64,000 nucleotides of DNA from a virus (lineage: Duplodnaviria; Caudoviricetes). Position numbers and translations under genes: made by a program. The DNA lies in the IMG/VR virus record IMGVR_UViG_3300015615_000196, positions 256,001 to 320,000 of that record; one strand, written 5' to 3'. Of this stretch, positions 20,498-30,554 are shown one piece after another. Under the pieces are notes generated by a model. The model had not been told where the DNA came from. It saw nothing but the letters and a program-made list of their open reading frames with translations, and made no database searches. Each line of letters begins with the position of its first letter. The stretch's first letter is position 1.

Positions 20498-20986
20498 ATG
20501 AAAAACAAAGTAATACTCCAAGAAGTACGAAATGAAAAGGAATTTTTAAATGAGTACCAAGCTATGAAACAGATGAAAACAAATAACATTGTCAGAGAGC
20601 GTGTAGAATTCTACCGTGACTTTGCTGTGAATTTGATTCACTACATTCATACCTCTTATTTAGGAAAAGAGTACATCAAAACCGAAGAAGACATCAAGGG
20701 ACATTTCAATTGGGCATTCAACAAAGTGCTTGCTGATATGGAAGCAGAGGGCATTGTGTTCGGAGAGACCAAAGAGATCAGGGAATACTTCTTCAACTAT
20801 CTGAATGTACGTGTTTATAAAGCAGAGTCAGTGCCTTCATTGAAGGCATTTGTAAACTTTTGGGATGACATCTTCTCACTCAAGCCAAACAAGGAAAAAA
20901 TGACCATGAATGCGCTTATTGAGGTGTATAAGATGTTCGATGAAGCGTTTACAAGCAAGAAAATTTTTCTTGAAAAAGTATTGTAA
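20498..20986 (+). CDS. Hypothetical protein
   Basis: ORF 162 aa. Confidence 0.65.
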   Translation: MKNKVILQEVRNEKEFLNEYQAMKQMKTNNIVRERVEFYRDFAVNLIHYIHTSYLGKEYIKTEEDIKGHFNWAFNKVLADMEAEGIVFGETKEIREYFFNYLNVRVYKAESVPSLKAFVNFWDDIFSLKPNKEKMTMNALIEVYKMFDEAFTSKKIFLEKVL

Positions 20987-21050
20987 GTTTGGTTATTGTT
21001 GTTATCTTTACGGAAAAGCTGCAATAACTTAATTAAACTTTCAATGAAAA

Positions 21051-21323
21051 ATGGCAGACGCATTTCGTGTGAAACAAGACGTGATAAACGAGTTTCGCAA
21101 CACCCTGTACTATAACCAGCATGAACTTCAAAGACTTTTCAAGTCAGACGATCAACCACACAAAGCAGTGGTAGATAGAGTTCGCGCAATTCTCCAAGAG
21201 AATGTGGTTCTCAACGCATCGATTGACTTGCTTGAGCAGTACTTACCAACACCTCAACCACAGCAACCGCAACAAGAAAAACCTGTATCAGCAGATGATC
21301 TTGGCGTAAAACAAATTGATTAA
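21051..21323 (+). CDS. Hypothetical protein
   Basis: ORF. Confidence 0.6.
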   Translation: MADAFRVKQDVINEFRNTLYYNQHELQRLFKSDDQPHKAVVDRVRAILQENVVLNASIDLLEQYLPTPQPQQPQQEKPVSADDLGVKQID

Positions 21324-21523
21324 TGAGTGAATTTCTAATCAAAGAAATCTACCAGTTACTTTTCGTAATGAGCGCGATATACCTTGCGTGTGTCGTGTTT
21401 CTTTTTGTTTTCAGACTCATTAGAAACGTTATCTACGATCTCAACACTACCCTCAAGTTTGGGGTCGTAGATAAGTTTCTCTTGTTACTATCACTCGCAG
21501 TTATTTTGACATATCTCTTATGA
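21323..21523 (+). CDS. Small membrane protein
   Basis: Two TM helices, TAATG coupling. Confidence 0.6.
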   Translation: MSEFLIKEIYQLLFVMSAIYLACVVFLFVFRLIRNVIYDLNTTLKFGVVDKFLLLLSLAVILTYLL

Positions 21524-22011
21524 AGTTTCGCGAACTACTTGAAGGTGTAGAAGACTGGTTCTGGAAACTGGAATATGTTCCAGCAGAGGAATACTTTGAA
21601 CTATACTTGGGTATCCCAAATGATTGGGTCTACGGTGATGGCAATGAAATTGTTGTAATCGAAACTCTCCATAAGATGGAAGAGAATTCAATCATAAAAA
21701 TCACAGCACAAGATATTGATGATGTCTTGAATATGGCCAAGCTACTTGTGGCCAAGAACAAAGAACTTGAGACAAGAAAAGAAGCGCACCGTGAAGAAAT
21801 GGAACGCTTGAAAAATGTCTTGATCGAAAAGGAAATGAAGTTCTTGGAGTACATGGACACAGTGAAGGACATTAAAAGTGAAGGAGCAAATGAAGGTGCT
21901 ACTGAGGGAGCAAGTGAGGGAACAACTGAGGGTGTAAATGATGGTGTAAGTGATGGTGCAAATGATGGTGTAAAAGCCGAATCCTTTATCTCTGACTTGA
22001 ATGGAAAGTAA
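21520..22011 (+). CDS. Hypothetical coiled-coil protein with tetrapeptide repeat tail
   Basis: (E/D)G(A/V/T)(N/T/S) x8. Confidence 0.6.
   Translation: MKFRELLEGVEDWFWKLEYVPAEEYFELYLGIPNDWVYGDGNEIVVIETLHKMEENSIIKITAQDIDDVLNMAKLLVAKNKELETRKEAHREEMERLKNVLIEKEMKFLEYMDTVKDIKSEGANEGATEGASEGTTEGVNDGVSDGANDGVKAESFISDLNGK
21880..21975 (+). repeat. Degenerate 12-bp in-frame tandem repeat (8 units)
   Basis: gaaggagcaaat gaaggtgctact gagggagcaagt gagggaacaact gagggtgtaaat gatggtgtaagt gatggtgcaaat gatggtgtaaaa. Confidence 0.8.
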
Positions 22012-22336
22012 AAGAGAAGAATTGTGGGCAAAGGGCATGAAGGCTCTTAAAGAAGAACTTCGTCAGGAGAAAGATCACAAACTCACTGGCGATGCAAAAG
22101 TAGATTTCCCCGAACTTAACGAAGATGATTTTGACTCCGATGATAAGACCGGAGAAAATTTTGCATTGTACTTGGAGGAACGAGAAAAAGAAAACGAGTT
22201 CTTGAAAAAATCAATGATCGAAGAAATAAAAGATAACGTTGCTGTTAGAAAGGATAATAGTATTTATGATAAGAGGCTAAAGAGATCGTTATTCAGAAGA
22301 ATAATGGATGCTCTGTTTAACCATGACGCAGTATAA
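22001..22336 (+). CDS. Hypothetical protein
   Basis: ORF. Confidence 0.6.
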   Translation: MESKREELWAKGMKALKEELRQEKDHKLTGDAKVDFPELNEDDFDSDDKTGENFALYLEEREKENEFLKKSMIEEIKDNVAVRKDNSIYDKRLKRSLFRRIMDALFNHDAV

Positions 22337-22736
22337 CAATACCGATGAATATAACAGCATCCAAACGGGAGATACAGTTTATGTTTCTGGTTTACCCGGC
22401 AAAAGTTTTTCATTCATCAACAACAAACACGGTTTCGTAAAGGACATACTGCTTACTACTACAATGGGTAGAATCAGTTACGTTGCTCAAGTCGTACTCT
22501 ACTCCACCAACGAAGCCTATTTCATCAATTTCGAATATCTCTTCAAAGTCGGCAACAATATGAATCAGGCCGACATCAAAGCTATTGTATGGGAAGAAGA
22601 CCCGCTCAATCACTACATCATTAAAAAGGACATAGTTGAGTGTGGAATGGTCGTAGACGATCATGGTCAATATCTGGCCGTCTGTACCGATATATCAGAA
22701 CGTAAGCACGTATTTTTGTTTTCTGGAATTAATTAG
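22323..22736 (+). CDS. Hypothetical protein
   Basis: ORF, TAG stop. Confidence 0.55.
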   Translation: MTQYNNTDEYNSIQTGDTVYVSGLPGKSFSFINNKHGFVKDILLTTTMGRISYVAQVVLYSTNEAYFINFEYLFKVGNNMNQADIKAIVWEEDPLNHYIIKKDIVECGMVVDDHGQYLAVCTDISERKHVFLFSGIN

Positions 22737-22766
22737 CTATATTTGCCATAGCTTAAATAAATTCTT

Positions 22767-23474
22767 ATGAAGGTATACGCCAGTATTAAAAATTTCCTGT
22801 TTCTGGACATTGAAACAGTCCGTGAATACAAAGACTACCAAACCTTAATTAAATTTCGTAGCCCTGAGAATTGGGAGAAGGTTGCAAAACGCTTCATGAA
22901 AGAAGAAGGTCTTACCATTGAACAGACCTATGAGCAAAAAGCAGCACTCTACGTTGAGTATGCAAAAGTTGTGACCGTAGCTTTAGGTTCCTTCCACGCA
23001 GATTTCAGTTCAACGGTTGGAGCATTGTATGATGACAATGAAGAAGTGCTTTTGAACAAAGTAGCTGAGTATCTCAATCGCTTTTACGCGAAATATCCTG
23101 ACACTATCCTGTGTGGTCATAACATCAAAGAATTTGACATTCCTTTCTTGATCAAAAGAATGATCAAGTACAAAATCAAGATTCCAATGATTCTTCAAAA
23201 TCATTTGAGTGCAAAAACTTGGGATCAGAAGACTACTGACACTCTCTACGATTGGAGAATGGCAGGTAATCGTTTCACTGGTCTTGACAGCATTGCGGAA
23301 TTTTTGGGCTTCGAGTCTTCAAAGCAAGGCGAAGTTAAGGGAAGTAATTTGGGTGAATACTATTGGAATCATCCTGATCCTATGGAGAAGAAATTATACG
23401 CAATCGGAGTCTATTGCAAAGCCGATGTCCGTGTTCTTATGGACTTCGCAAAACGCATGTACGAAGTACTTTAA
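22767..23474 (+). CDS. PolB-exonuclease-like 3'-5' exonuclease (DEDDy)
   Basis: FLDIETV, GHNIKEFDIPF, YCKADV; TATATTTG Bacteroidota-type -7 element upstream. Confidence 0.85.
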   Translation: MKVYASIKNFLFLDIETVREYKDYQTLIKFRSPENWEKVAKRFMKEEGLTIEQTYEQKAALYVEYAKVVTVALGSFHADFSSTVGALYDDNEEVLLNKVAEYLNRFYAKYPDTILCGHNIKEFDIPFLIKRMIKYKIKIPMILQNHLSAKTWDQKTTDTLYDWRMAGNRFTGLDSIAEFLGFESSKQGEVKGSNLGEYYWNHPDPMEKKLYAIGVYCKADVRVLMDFAKRMYEVL

Positions 23475-23510
23475 ACCCCAAGAGCAAGTATTTATAGGAA
23501 ACACAATCCT

Positions 23511-23750
23511 ATGAAGAAAATTCTTGATCTTGTTGCTGATCCGTTGAAGGCACTTATGGTTGCTGGTGCATTTTTTGGCGTTGGAAGCGTTGATTCTTTG
23601 CTTTCAGACGCATCTGCATACGGTGACCTACATTGGTGGGGTAAAGGTGCTGTTATCGGTTTCTGCATCGTATTTGGTGCATTGGCAGTACGTTATCTTC
23701 TCATTCCAGTAGGTTACTGGATTGCAAAGGCACTCAAAATTGTAAAGTAA
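23511..23750 (+). CDS. Small membrane protein
   Basis: Two TM helices; late motif at 23488. Confidence 0.6.
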   Translation: MKKILDLVADPLKALMVAGAFFGVGSVDSLLSDASAYGDLHWWGKGAVIGFCIVFGALAVRYLLIPVGYWIAKALKIVK

Positions 23751-24317
23751 ATGTTACTCAGTCTCATTACATTCATCTTGGCGTTTCTACAACGTATAGC
23801 GTCAGGGTTTCAGAGTATGTTCGGGTACTCCCATAAGAAAGTGGGATTCGCTCTTGGCACATTGCTCATGTTATCCTTCCCGTTCATGTTCATGAAAGCA
23901 GGATGGTTGTTCTGGTTGTACTTGGTAGTGAACACGGTAATCGTGTACATGAAAACAATGAGTTTCAAAGTCTTCCCTCAATTGACTGTATTCAATAAGT
24001 ACGCAGACATCCACCTATGGGAGGATTTGCTCACCGGAGGATACGGAGTGTATCTGGTGTTAAGTGGATTCAATATTCTGATGCTTGCTTGTGCAATGTA
24101 TCCTGCTCTGATCGTACACAAAGGGTTAATCAATATTGGTAGTGATCTACCATTTTTCGCTTCGGCAACGGATGATGCAACAGGGAAAACCTACGGCATA
24201 CCTTTGTTGGGGATCAAGGTAAAAAGATCGAGCACAACATTTAGATTGGTGTTGGCAGGACTTTCACTCGTAGGTGCTTTCTTGATTTTAAAGTACGGCT
24301 GGTCGCTTAGTTTATAA
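23751..24317 (+). CDS. Multi-pass membrane protein
   Basis: Several hydrophobic helices. Confidence 0.65.
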   Translation: MLLSLITFILAFLQRIASGFQSMFGYSHKKVGFALGTLLMLSFPFMFMKAGWLFWLYLVVNTVIVYMKTMSFKVFPQLTVFNKYADIHLWEDLLTGGYGVYLVLSGFNILMLACAMYPALIVHKGLINIGSDLPFFASATDDATGKTYGIPLLGIKVKRSSTTFRLVLAGLSLVGAFLILKYGWSLSL

Positions 24318-24528
24318 GCGCAAACTTCTGGTCGATAATCACGACCACATTTCCAATTTCTTCAAACTTGTCTTCACCGAAGGTATTCTTCAATATACTT
24401 TGGATGTAATCTGCTTTGAAGAAATCGTGAAGTTCAAGTGGGGTAGTGGGAATCTGTAGAATAACTACGTTGTCGTCTTCTCTCACAAATTTGGCCGTCA
24501 ATCTTGTATTTTCTTTTACGTATTTCAT
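24307..24528 (-). CDS. Hypothetical protein
   Basis: ORF downstream of SbcCD fusion. Confidence 0.55.
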   Translation of the reverse strand: MKYVKENTRLTAKFVREDDNVVILQIPTTPLELHDFFKADYIQSILKNTFGEDKFEEIGNVVVIIDQKFALIN

Positions 24529-24535
24529 TGTCGTA

Positions 24536-27500
24536 TTAGTTTACGATAAGTTTAGATATATGGTTCTCGTCCTTCTCAATGTGAAGGATGTAATCGGGGT
24601 TCACTTCATGAGTAGGTTCAATAATAAGTACCTTCTTGTAGAATTTCTTCGACAAGTGAAGTAGATCAACAAACTTCTCAACGTACTCGCCTTTGAGTTT
24701 ACCCATTACTTCGTCTACGGTAAGCAAGGTTGACTTGGACTTACTGTTGATCTGATTCAAAGCAATTTTAAGTGCGTATACTGCAAAGGTTCGTTCCATA
24801 CCTGATGCTGAGATACAGTCAATGATTGCATTGGGATGATCGTTGTAGAAGAACTTCAAACGAAGATCGTCTTTGTCCAAATAAACATCAAAGTCAGCCG
24901 TCTCAAGTAACTTCGCCAACACATTGTTGATGTTTGGCAATAAGGTATCCGTAAGGATTTGAGTAGGTAATCCATCCCTGTGAATAATTTCTTCATAGAG
25001 TTTTCTCACCTGTTCTTTCTTCTCATAGTCAAGGTAATCCTTTATGAGTTGAACACGTTGTTTAATGGTGTTTTCATTTTGAACGATAGTGCCTTCCATT
25101 TCAACAATTGACTTATTGAAGTATTCAATCTCACCATTCGCAACCATAATCTTGTTGTTGAGGGCAACGATCTGCTCTTTGAGTTTGCGGTTCTCTTCAA
25201 TCTTATTCTTCTGATCAACGAATCGTTTCATCATATCCTGTTGACCAGTAATTTTCATCTGGAAGTTTTCCTTCTTGGTTGGATACGTGCTTAATTCAAT
25301 GTTGAGTCGATCACGTTTTTCGACTTCTGCTTTATCGTTGTTCAACTTACCGATTTCTTCAAGCACATTCTGGATACCAAGATCATCGTTTTTGATTTGA
25401 TCCTCAATGGACTTGATTTCTGTTTCAACGGATACGATAGAGGCTTGAATTGTAGGTTTCTCTGCTTGCTTCTTTTTAATGTCGGCAGCAACTTGGAACA
25501 TTACTGATTCGTGTTCTTTGATTGAATTACGAATGTGTTGCTCGTGTTCTGCACCAAGCGTTTGACCGCAAGCATGGCAGGTCTTGCTTTCCTCAAGTTC
25601 CTTGATTTGTTTTTTGTAACCAGAACCTTCACGCATCAATTGATCAATGTCACCATTGATCTTGGTAATGGCGTAGTTCAAGTTAACGATGTCCATCTTC
25701 TTTTTATTGATGGCACTACGTTTCTCAAACTCTTGTTGTTTATGGTTATCCTTTTTCAACATCAACTCACTCAAACGGTTTGAGTCGAAAGTAGATTTCA
25801 TTGCAGCTACCGTTGCTTGAAGACGAGTCTCTTCTTGCTCAAGGCTTTTCAAATTCACATTGAGACTGGCAATGGTTGCGTTGATTTGATTCTCATTGGT
25901 TGCACTCAATTCAGCATCGATTTGATGCATTGATTCTTGGAGTACTTCTTTGCTTTGGTTCAATAAGTCAAGTGCTTTCTTCTGATCAACAATCTTGTCT
26001 TTGGTAGAAGCGATCATTTCACGCTTCAACTTGATATTGGAATTCAATGCAGCAATAGAGTTCTCTTCATTGACAACACTCACACTGGCAAGTGAACGAT
26101 CAATGATAAGTTCATCTTTGTATTTCTTGTATTCTTTGAGACGCACGTCAAATACGTCAAGACCAGAATCAAACAACAGGGAATCGATAAATGGGGCTTT
26201 GTCACTTGACAAAACATTATTTAAGGTATCCGATGTAGTCAGGGTTACACGAATGAAGTTCTCGTATGTGCCAATGATCTCGTTGATCCGTTCTTGAGTT
26301 TTGAAACGATCATTCTCGTTCAACTTCTCAATGTTAAACTGATCTTCCAGTTCGTCCGTTGAACCGTTGAGTTTGTAGTATGATGTGGTGGTAGACGCTG
26401 CCGTCAATTCCCCTTCTTTGTTCTTCTTTACAATGGTAATACGTTTGATACCGTAGTATTCACCATTAGCTTCAAGAACAATAGAACCTTCACAATGACC
26501 CACAGGGAGTTTGTTGTTGATGAATCGAGCATCACCGAACTTCTTTCTGAAATCAGTTTCAAGGGACTTGCCAAACAGAATGTAGGTGATCAATTGATTG
26601 ATGGTTGACTTACCAACCCCGTTCTCGCCTACGATCTGGTATAAACCGTCCTTATTTTCCCAATTGATGTCGAGAGTGTCATAGCTTCTAAAGTTCTTGC
26701 CTTTCAAGGATACGATAGACCATTGTATGTTGGTCATTTCTTCGGTGACCAATCTATTTTCGATTTCAGTGTCAAGATCAAGTACGTTCTGGATGATGTC
26801 ATCTTCCGTACCCATCTTCTTCAAGTATTCGGAAAGAATACGATGGATAACTTCTCGCTTACCAATGTTTTCAATGTCCGATCTTTCTTCAATCTTGATT
26901 TTCTTTTCTTCAATGAAATCATTGACGTGCTTGATTGATAGTGGCGCATACTTGTTGGTAAGCAGAGTATCAACCTTACGCATGTTTTCAATATTCTTGA
27001 CATTGGGTAGGGTCTTCCACTTCACACGAATACGCTTGTACGTAGCTGGACTGTTGACTTCAAGTTGAAGTTTATCAAAGTCAGTGAAGCGATTTACATC
27101 GACAGTAAGGTGTGCGTAGTCATTTGCGATGGCAACTTCTTGGGCGGTCTTTGTTGCCAAGTCCCAAAGGAGATACCCGTGAAACTGACCATTACCTTCA
27201 CTGAAATTTTGTTCGATCAATGAACTACTGTATGCTTTAGTTTTGGTTGGGTCAAGATATTGCAGCATGTGGATGTCTCCGAACATACTGATGTCGCCCA
27301 TGAATTCTTTGGTAGCACGGTATGTGCGACTTTTGAATTCGTACCCATCTGCATTTGATGATCCGTTTACAGGATCGTGGAAGAGGTCAATGTAAGTCTT
27401 TGCAGGGTCTTTTACGAAGTTCTTGTTCCAAGGATTGTTACGCTTCTCTCCGTGCTTCCAGACTGCCCACACAACGTTTAAATCATCGTAGAGACCAGTC

Positions 27501-27838
27501 TTGTTGAAGTAAGTGATGTTGGTATTTGCCATTGCCGTAACCAATGCTTCAATTGCATCAGTACGGTTAGGTGCAGTACGGGCAACGTCATGGTTACCAC
27601 GAGTAATGATTACCGGGGCAACATTAGCCAACGCATTCAAAAATTCAGAAGCAAGAACAACAAGTTCTCCTTCCAACTTGATATAGTCGTGAAACAAGTC
27701 TCCTACAACGACAATCCGATCTGGTTTGTCTTGCTTGAGTTGTTTAATAAGATTAGCGAATACATTTCTATATTCTTGGTGTCTTGCAGTGCTTTTTCTA
27801 ATATGTATATCTGCAAGGTGTACTACCTTTTTGATCAT
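24536..27838 (-). CDS. Fused Mre11/SbcD nuclease - Rad50/SbcC ATPase
   Basis: N-terminal metallophosphoesterase DIH, GDLFH, GNHD and GDIH motifs; Walker A GENGVGKST; coiled coil with CHAC zinc hook; signature ASGMER; Walker B LLTVDE. Confidence 0.92.
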   Translation of the reverse strand: MIKKVVHLADIHIRKSTARHQEYRNVFANLIKQLKQDKPDRIVVVGDLFHDYIKLEGELVVLASEFLNALANVAPVIITRGNHDVARTAPNRTDAIEALVTAMANTNITYFNKTGLYDDLNVVWAVWKHGEKRNNPWNKNFVKDPAKTYIDLFHDPVNGSSNADGYEFKSRTYRATKEFMGDISMFGDIHMLQYLDPTKTKAYSSSLIEQNFSEGNGQFHGYLLWDLATKTAQEVAIANDYAHLTVDVNRFTDFDKLQLEVNSPATYKRIRVKWKTLPNVKNIENMRKVDTLLTNKYAPLSIKHVNDFIEEKKIKIEERSDIENIGKREVIHRILSEYLKKMGTEDDIIQNVLDLDTEIENRLVTEEMTNIQWSIVSLKGKNFRSYDTLDINWENKDGLYQIVGENGVGKSTINQLITYILFGKSLETDFRKKFGDARFINNKLPVGHCEGSIVLEANGEYYGIKRITIVKKNKEGELTAASTTTSYYKLNGSTDELEDQFNIEKLNENDRFKTQERINEIIGTYENFIRVTLTTSDTLNNVLSSDKAPFIDSLLFDSGLDVFDVRLKEYKKYKDELIIDRSLASVSVVNEENSIAALNSNIKLKREMIASTKDKIVDQKKALDLLNQSKEVLQESMHQIDAELSATNENQINATIASLNVNLKSLEQEETRLQATVAAMKSTFDSNRLSELMLKKDNHKQQEFEKRSAINKKKMDIVNLNYAITKINGDIDQLMREGSGYKKQIKELEESKTCHACGQTLGAEHEQHIRNSIKEHESVMFQVAADIKKKQAEKPTIQASIVSVETEIKSIEDQIKNDDLGIQNVLEEIGKLNNDKAEVEKRDRLNIELSTYPTKKENFQMKITGQQDMMKRFVDQKNKIEENRKLKEQIVALNNKIMVANGEIEYFNKSIVEMEGTIVQNENTIKQRVQLIKDYLDYEKKEQVRKLYEEIIHRDGLPTQILTDTLLPNINNVLAKLLETADFDVYLDKDDLRLKFFYNDHPNAIIDCISASGMERTFAVYALKIALNQINSKSKSTLLTVDEVMGKLKGEYVEKFVDLLHLSKKFYKKVLIIEPTHEVNPDYILHIEKDENHISKLIVN

Positions 27839-28014
27839 TTAGAATCATTGTTCTTCTGATCAGGTGATTTCGCGCTTTCTTCGGAAGCGCGAAGTTTTTT
27901 TAATTTTTCTAAGAAGGCCGAGACTTCTTTGTCTTCTTCATCGACATACGGTAAAGCATCTTGATCAAGTTGAAGAAGATACTTTATTCCGAGTTCTGAT
28001 AATGCTGTTAACAT
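27835..28014 (-). CDS. Small hypothetical protein (59 aa, not in ORF track)
   Basis: MLTALSELGIKYLLQLDQ...; overlaps dut stop (TAATG) and SbcCD start (ATGA). Confidence 0.55.
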   Translation of the reverse strand: MLTALSELGIKYLLQLDQDALPYVDEEDKEVSAFLEKLKKLRASEESAKSPDQKNNDSK

Positions 28015-28457
28015 TAGTTTCCTGTGCTACCGTATCCGTCAGTACCACGATTAGTTTCAGATAATTCAGGAACCTCTTCAAGTTCAATGAAAGGTGCTGG
28101 TACTATGACCAATTGACCAACACGGTCACCCTTTTTGTAAACATCATCGTAGATTTTTTTTGTACCGAAAGTATGATGTGAAAATGCCTTGAATCGAACT
28201 TTCATTTCACCACGAAAGTTGCTGTCAATGACACCGACACTGTTTTTCAAAACCATGTTTTTATCTGTGACGGAACTACGTGGCATCAACAAACCAACGT
28301 ATCCTTCTGGTATTTCGATGGCGATACCAGTGGCATATTCTACATATTTATCCGCATGGACGTTTGATACTGCCGTGAGGTCTAAACCTGCGTCTCCGAT
28401 CTTACTGTAAGAAGGAGTTACGGCATCAGGATGTACTTTCTTGAATCTGACCTTCAT
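28014..28457 (-). CDS. dut: dUTP diphosphatase (trimeric)
   Basis: AGLDL, PRSS, GVIDSNFRGE, RGTDGYGSTG motifs. Confidence 0.95.
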   Translation of the reverse strand: MKVRFKKVHPDAVTPSYSKIGDAGLDLTAVSNVHADKYVEYATGIAIEIPEGYVGLLMPRSSVTDKNMVLKNSVGVIDSNFRGEMKVRFKAFSHHTFGTKKIYDDVYKKGDRVGQLVIVPAPFIELEEVPELSETNRGTDGYGSTGN

Positions 28458-28495
28458 TAGTCTTGAGTTTAAGCAAAACTAACGAATAAAGGGGT

Positions 28496-28786
28496 TCAAT
28501 CCAAGACTTCAACCACTTTTCCGTAGACGTTTTTTGTCCAACCGTTGATGTGTCCTTTGTTGTTTCCGATCTGGCAACCCCGGTCGTTATTCTTGGCTTT
28601 GACCAAGTGAGTAAAGAATCGTCCTGCAACCTTGCAGTATACGATGTCACCTACTTCAACATCTTCCCATTTAGCAGGAGCAAGTTTATGTGGTTGACCT
28701 GATTTGATCAGGGGAACCATTGAGTTCCCTTTCTCTTTTGTAACGAAGGATTCGCCCTTCTGTAATTTTTCTACTTTCCAGTTCAC
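28496..28786 (-). CDS. Stand-alone S24/S26 (LexA/signal peptidase-like) domain protein
   Basis: GNSMVPLI, VGDIV, FTHLV; GTG start overlapping upstream TGA. Confidence 0.65.
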   Translation of the reverse strand: MNWKVEKLQKGESFVTKEKGNSMVPLIKSGQPHKLAPAKWEDVEVGDIVYCKVAGRFFTHLVKAKNNDRGCQIGNNKGHINGWTKNVYGKVVEVLD

Positions 28787-29172
28787 GATAAGTTTTTTAT
28801 TGCAAGGTATGGCATTCCACCGGGAAGCACTGCCCATACTTCGCGAGGAAGCAAGAACACAACCTTGTCGATTGCCAAGCCCATGCAGATTAAGTTGTCG
28901 CACACGGCATGAACACCAGTCCAGAGATTTCCGTTTTTGTCTTCACAAAAGCCAAGAAAGGAATATCCCTTTGCTGATCCTTCTGCCATGAATTTTTCAT
29001 CGCATTGAGAAAGCAATGAAATGATCTCTTCGCGATTTTTCGCAAGTCGCTCAGGATTGAATCCAACTTTGAGCATGACTCCTTCTGCAAGGACTGCATT
29101 TGTTGTGTCTTCTCCTTCTTTGAAGAGACAATCGAGAAAAAGATTCTCTACGTTCGGTGATGTTAATTCCAT
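28783..29172 (-). CDS. Conserved-looking phage hypothetical protein
   Basis: ORF with GYSFL, WTG and LPGGMPY motifs. Confidence 0.65.
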   Translation of the reverse strand: MELTSPNVENLFLDCLFKEGEDTTNAVLAEGVMLKVGFNPERLAKNREEIISLLSQCDEKFMAEGSAKGYSFLGFCEDKNGNLWTGVHAVCDNLICMGLAIDKVVFLLPREVWAVLPGGMPYLAIKNLS

Positions 29173-29182
29173 ATGATTTGTT

Positions 29183-29530
29183 TTAAGTCCAACCTAATTT
29201 ATCTTCGTCATCTGGCTCTACGGGATACTTGTCCATGTTGGCGAAGCAATGACCGATTTGGTCTTTGTTCTTGTGATAAAATTTGATGATTTGTTTTTCA
29301 ACAAAGTGATCTTTGTTGATCTCCGGTTTCTCAATTGTGAGGTGAGCACGAGAAAGTTCAAGGTTCATGTCAATAACTAACTTCTTTCTCTTTTCCCGTT
29401 CGTAGCTGAGAATTTCTAAGACAGTAGGTATTGCTTCTTCATCGTCAGCAATTATCTTGAGAATAAATCTTCTTTGTACGTCAGCAGGAAGACCAGCATT
29501 CAATATCTCTTTGATTTTGTCTAAGTCCAT
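29183..29530 (-). CDS. Hypothetical protein
   Basis: ORF. Confidence 0.6.
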   Translation of the reverse strand: MDLDKIKEILNAGLPADVQRRFILKIIADDEEAIPTVLEILSYEREKRKKLVIDMNLELSRAHLTIEKPEINKDHFVEKQIIKFYHKNKDQIGHCFANMDKYPVEPDDEDKLGWT

Positions 29531-29784
29531 TACTCAATAGATGTTTTCTCTTCATCAACCCATTCCAACACCCATTCATTGTGATATGCCAACCATACAC
29601 CGTATGGGCCGATAGCATCCGGCACTGCTTTAAGATTTTTCTGAACAGTTTGAGAGACGAGGTATTTTTCCAACCAAACATAAGTCTCCCCTTTGTCGGT
29701 AGACGTAGGTAAAAAAGCGAAACGAACGACAATTCGTTTATCTCCCTCTTTTAGTACTGGTGGATTTGGTGTTTTTATTTTCAT
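29530..29784 (-). CDS. Hypothetical protein
   Basis: RFAFLPT..WLEKY motif; likely start MKIKTP. Confidence 0.5.
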   Translation of the reverse strand: MKIKTPNPPVLKEGDKRIVVRFAFLPTSTDKGETYVWLEKYLVSQTVQKNLKAVPDAIGPYGVWLAYHNEWVLEWVDEEKTSIE

Positions 29785-30190
29785 TCTTTTTCTTCGGTTT
29801 CTTTTTCTTCGGTGGATCACCGCACAAGGTACGAAGTTCTTCCCATGTTGGTTTAGTCCCCTTCTTCACAAAAAATTCTATGTGTTCATCGTCCCAATCA
29901 AATTTGTAAATAAGTTGGGGTGGTAGTGTTTCATCAGTCTTTAACCGAGCACTATTAAATTTTGCTCCATCCATTATGAAATGATTAACAGTGGATGAAT
30001 GCATGACTGGTTCTTTTTCTACAACTTTTTTTGTAATGAGAAATTTTATACAGTCATACCAGTCCTTTACAAAATCACCAGACTTGTAGATTTTTCTTTT
30101 TTTCAAAGAGTCATAGGCCAGTTCTACAGATTTGTAGCCGAGGTCTTTTTTCTTGCTACCTTCATCATAGTTGATGCTAATAACTGCCAT
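29738..30190 (-). CDS. Hypothetical protein
   Basis: ORF. Confidence 0.6.
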   Translation of the reverse strand: MAVISINYDEGSKKKDLGYKSVELAYDSLKKRKIYKSGDFVKDWYDCIKFLITKKVVEKEPVMHSSTVNHFIMDGAKFNSARLKTDETLPPQLIYKFDWDDEHIEFFVKKGTKPTWEELRTLCGDPPKKKKPKKKNENKNTKSTSTKRGR

Positions 30191-30465
30191 TATTCCTTAT
30201 TTAAAGTTTCATAGGTGAGGCGAAGAATGTGTTCTTCGTAAGACTCCTTCCGGGTAATCGGAATTTGAAAGAACCAAAGAAAGCAAAAAAGAGTCTTGGT
30301 CTCTTTATATTCAAGTGGGCATCCTGCACCGATAACACCTAATACTACGAGCATGGCTTCCATTGCACCCAAGCATTTCATCTTGAATCCTGAGTGTACA
30401 AAGGATTTGGTGTCGAGCATATAATTCTCGTACAGGTTGCTTAAATATTGTCTTACATTGTCCAT
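30190..30465 (-). CDS. Hypothetical protein
   Basis: ORF after ECF-like promoter. Confidence 0.55.
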   Translation of the reverse strand: MDNVRQYLSNLYENYMLDTKSFVHSGFKMKCLGAMEAMLVVLGVIGAGCPLEYKETKTLFCFLWFFQIPITRKESYEEHILRLTYETLNKE

Positions 30466-30485
30466 TTTAAGGGCATTTATTCGCT

Positions 30486-30547
30486 TATACGGCTATTTCC
30501 TTAAAAGGTTATGTCACAGGAAACAAAGTTACTAATTTTGCGTATAA
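30486..30547. promoter_or_regulatory. Back-to-back divergent ECF-like promoters
   Basis: Minus strand AACCTTTTAAGGAAATAGCCGTATA (30486-30510); plus strand AACAAAGTTACTAATTTTGCGTATAA (30522-30547). Confidence 0.75.
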
Positions 30548-30554
30548 TGTCAAT

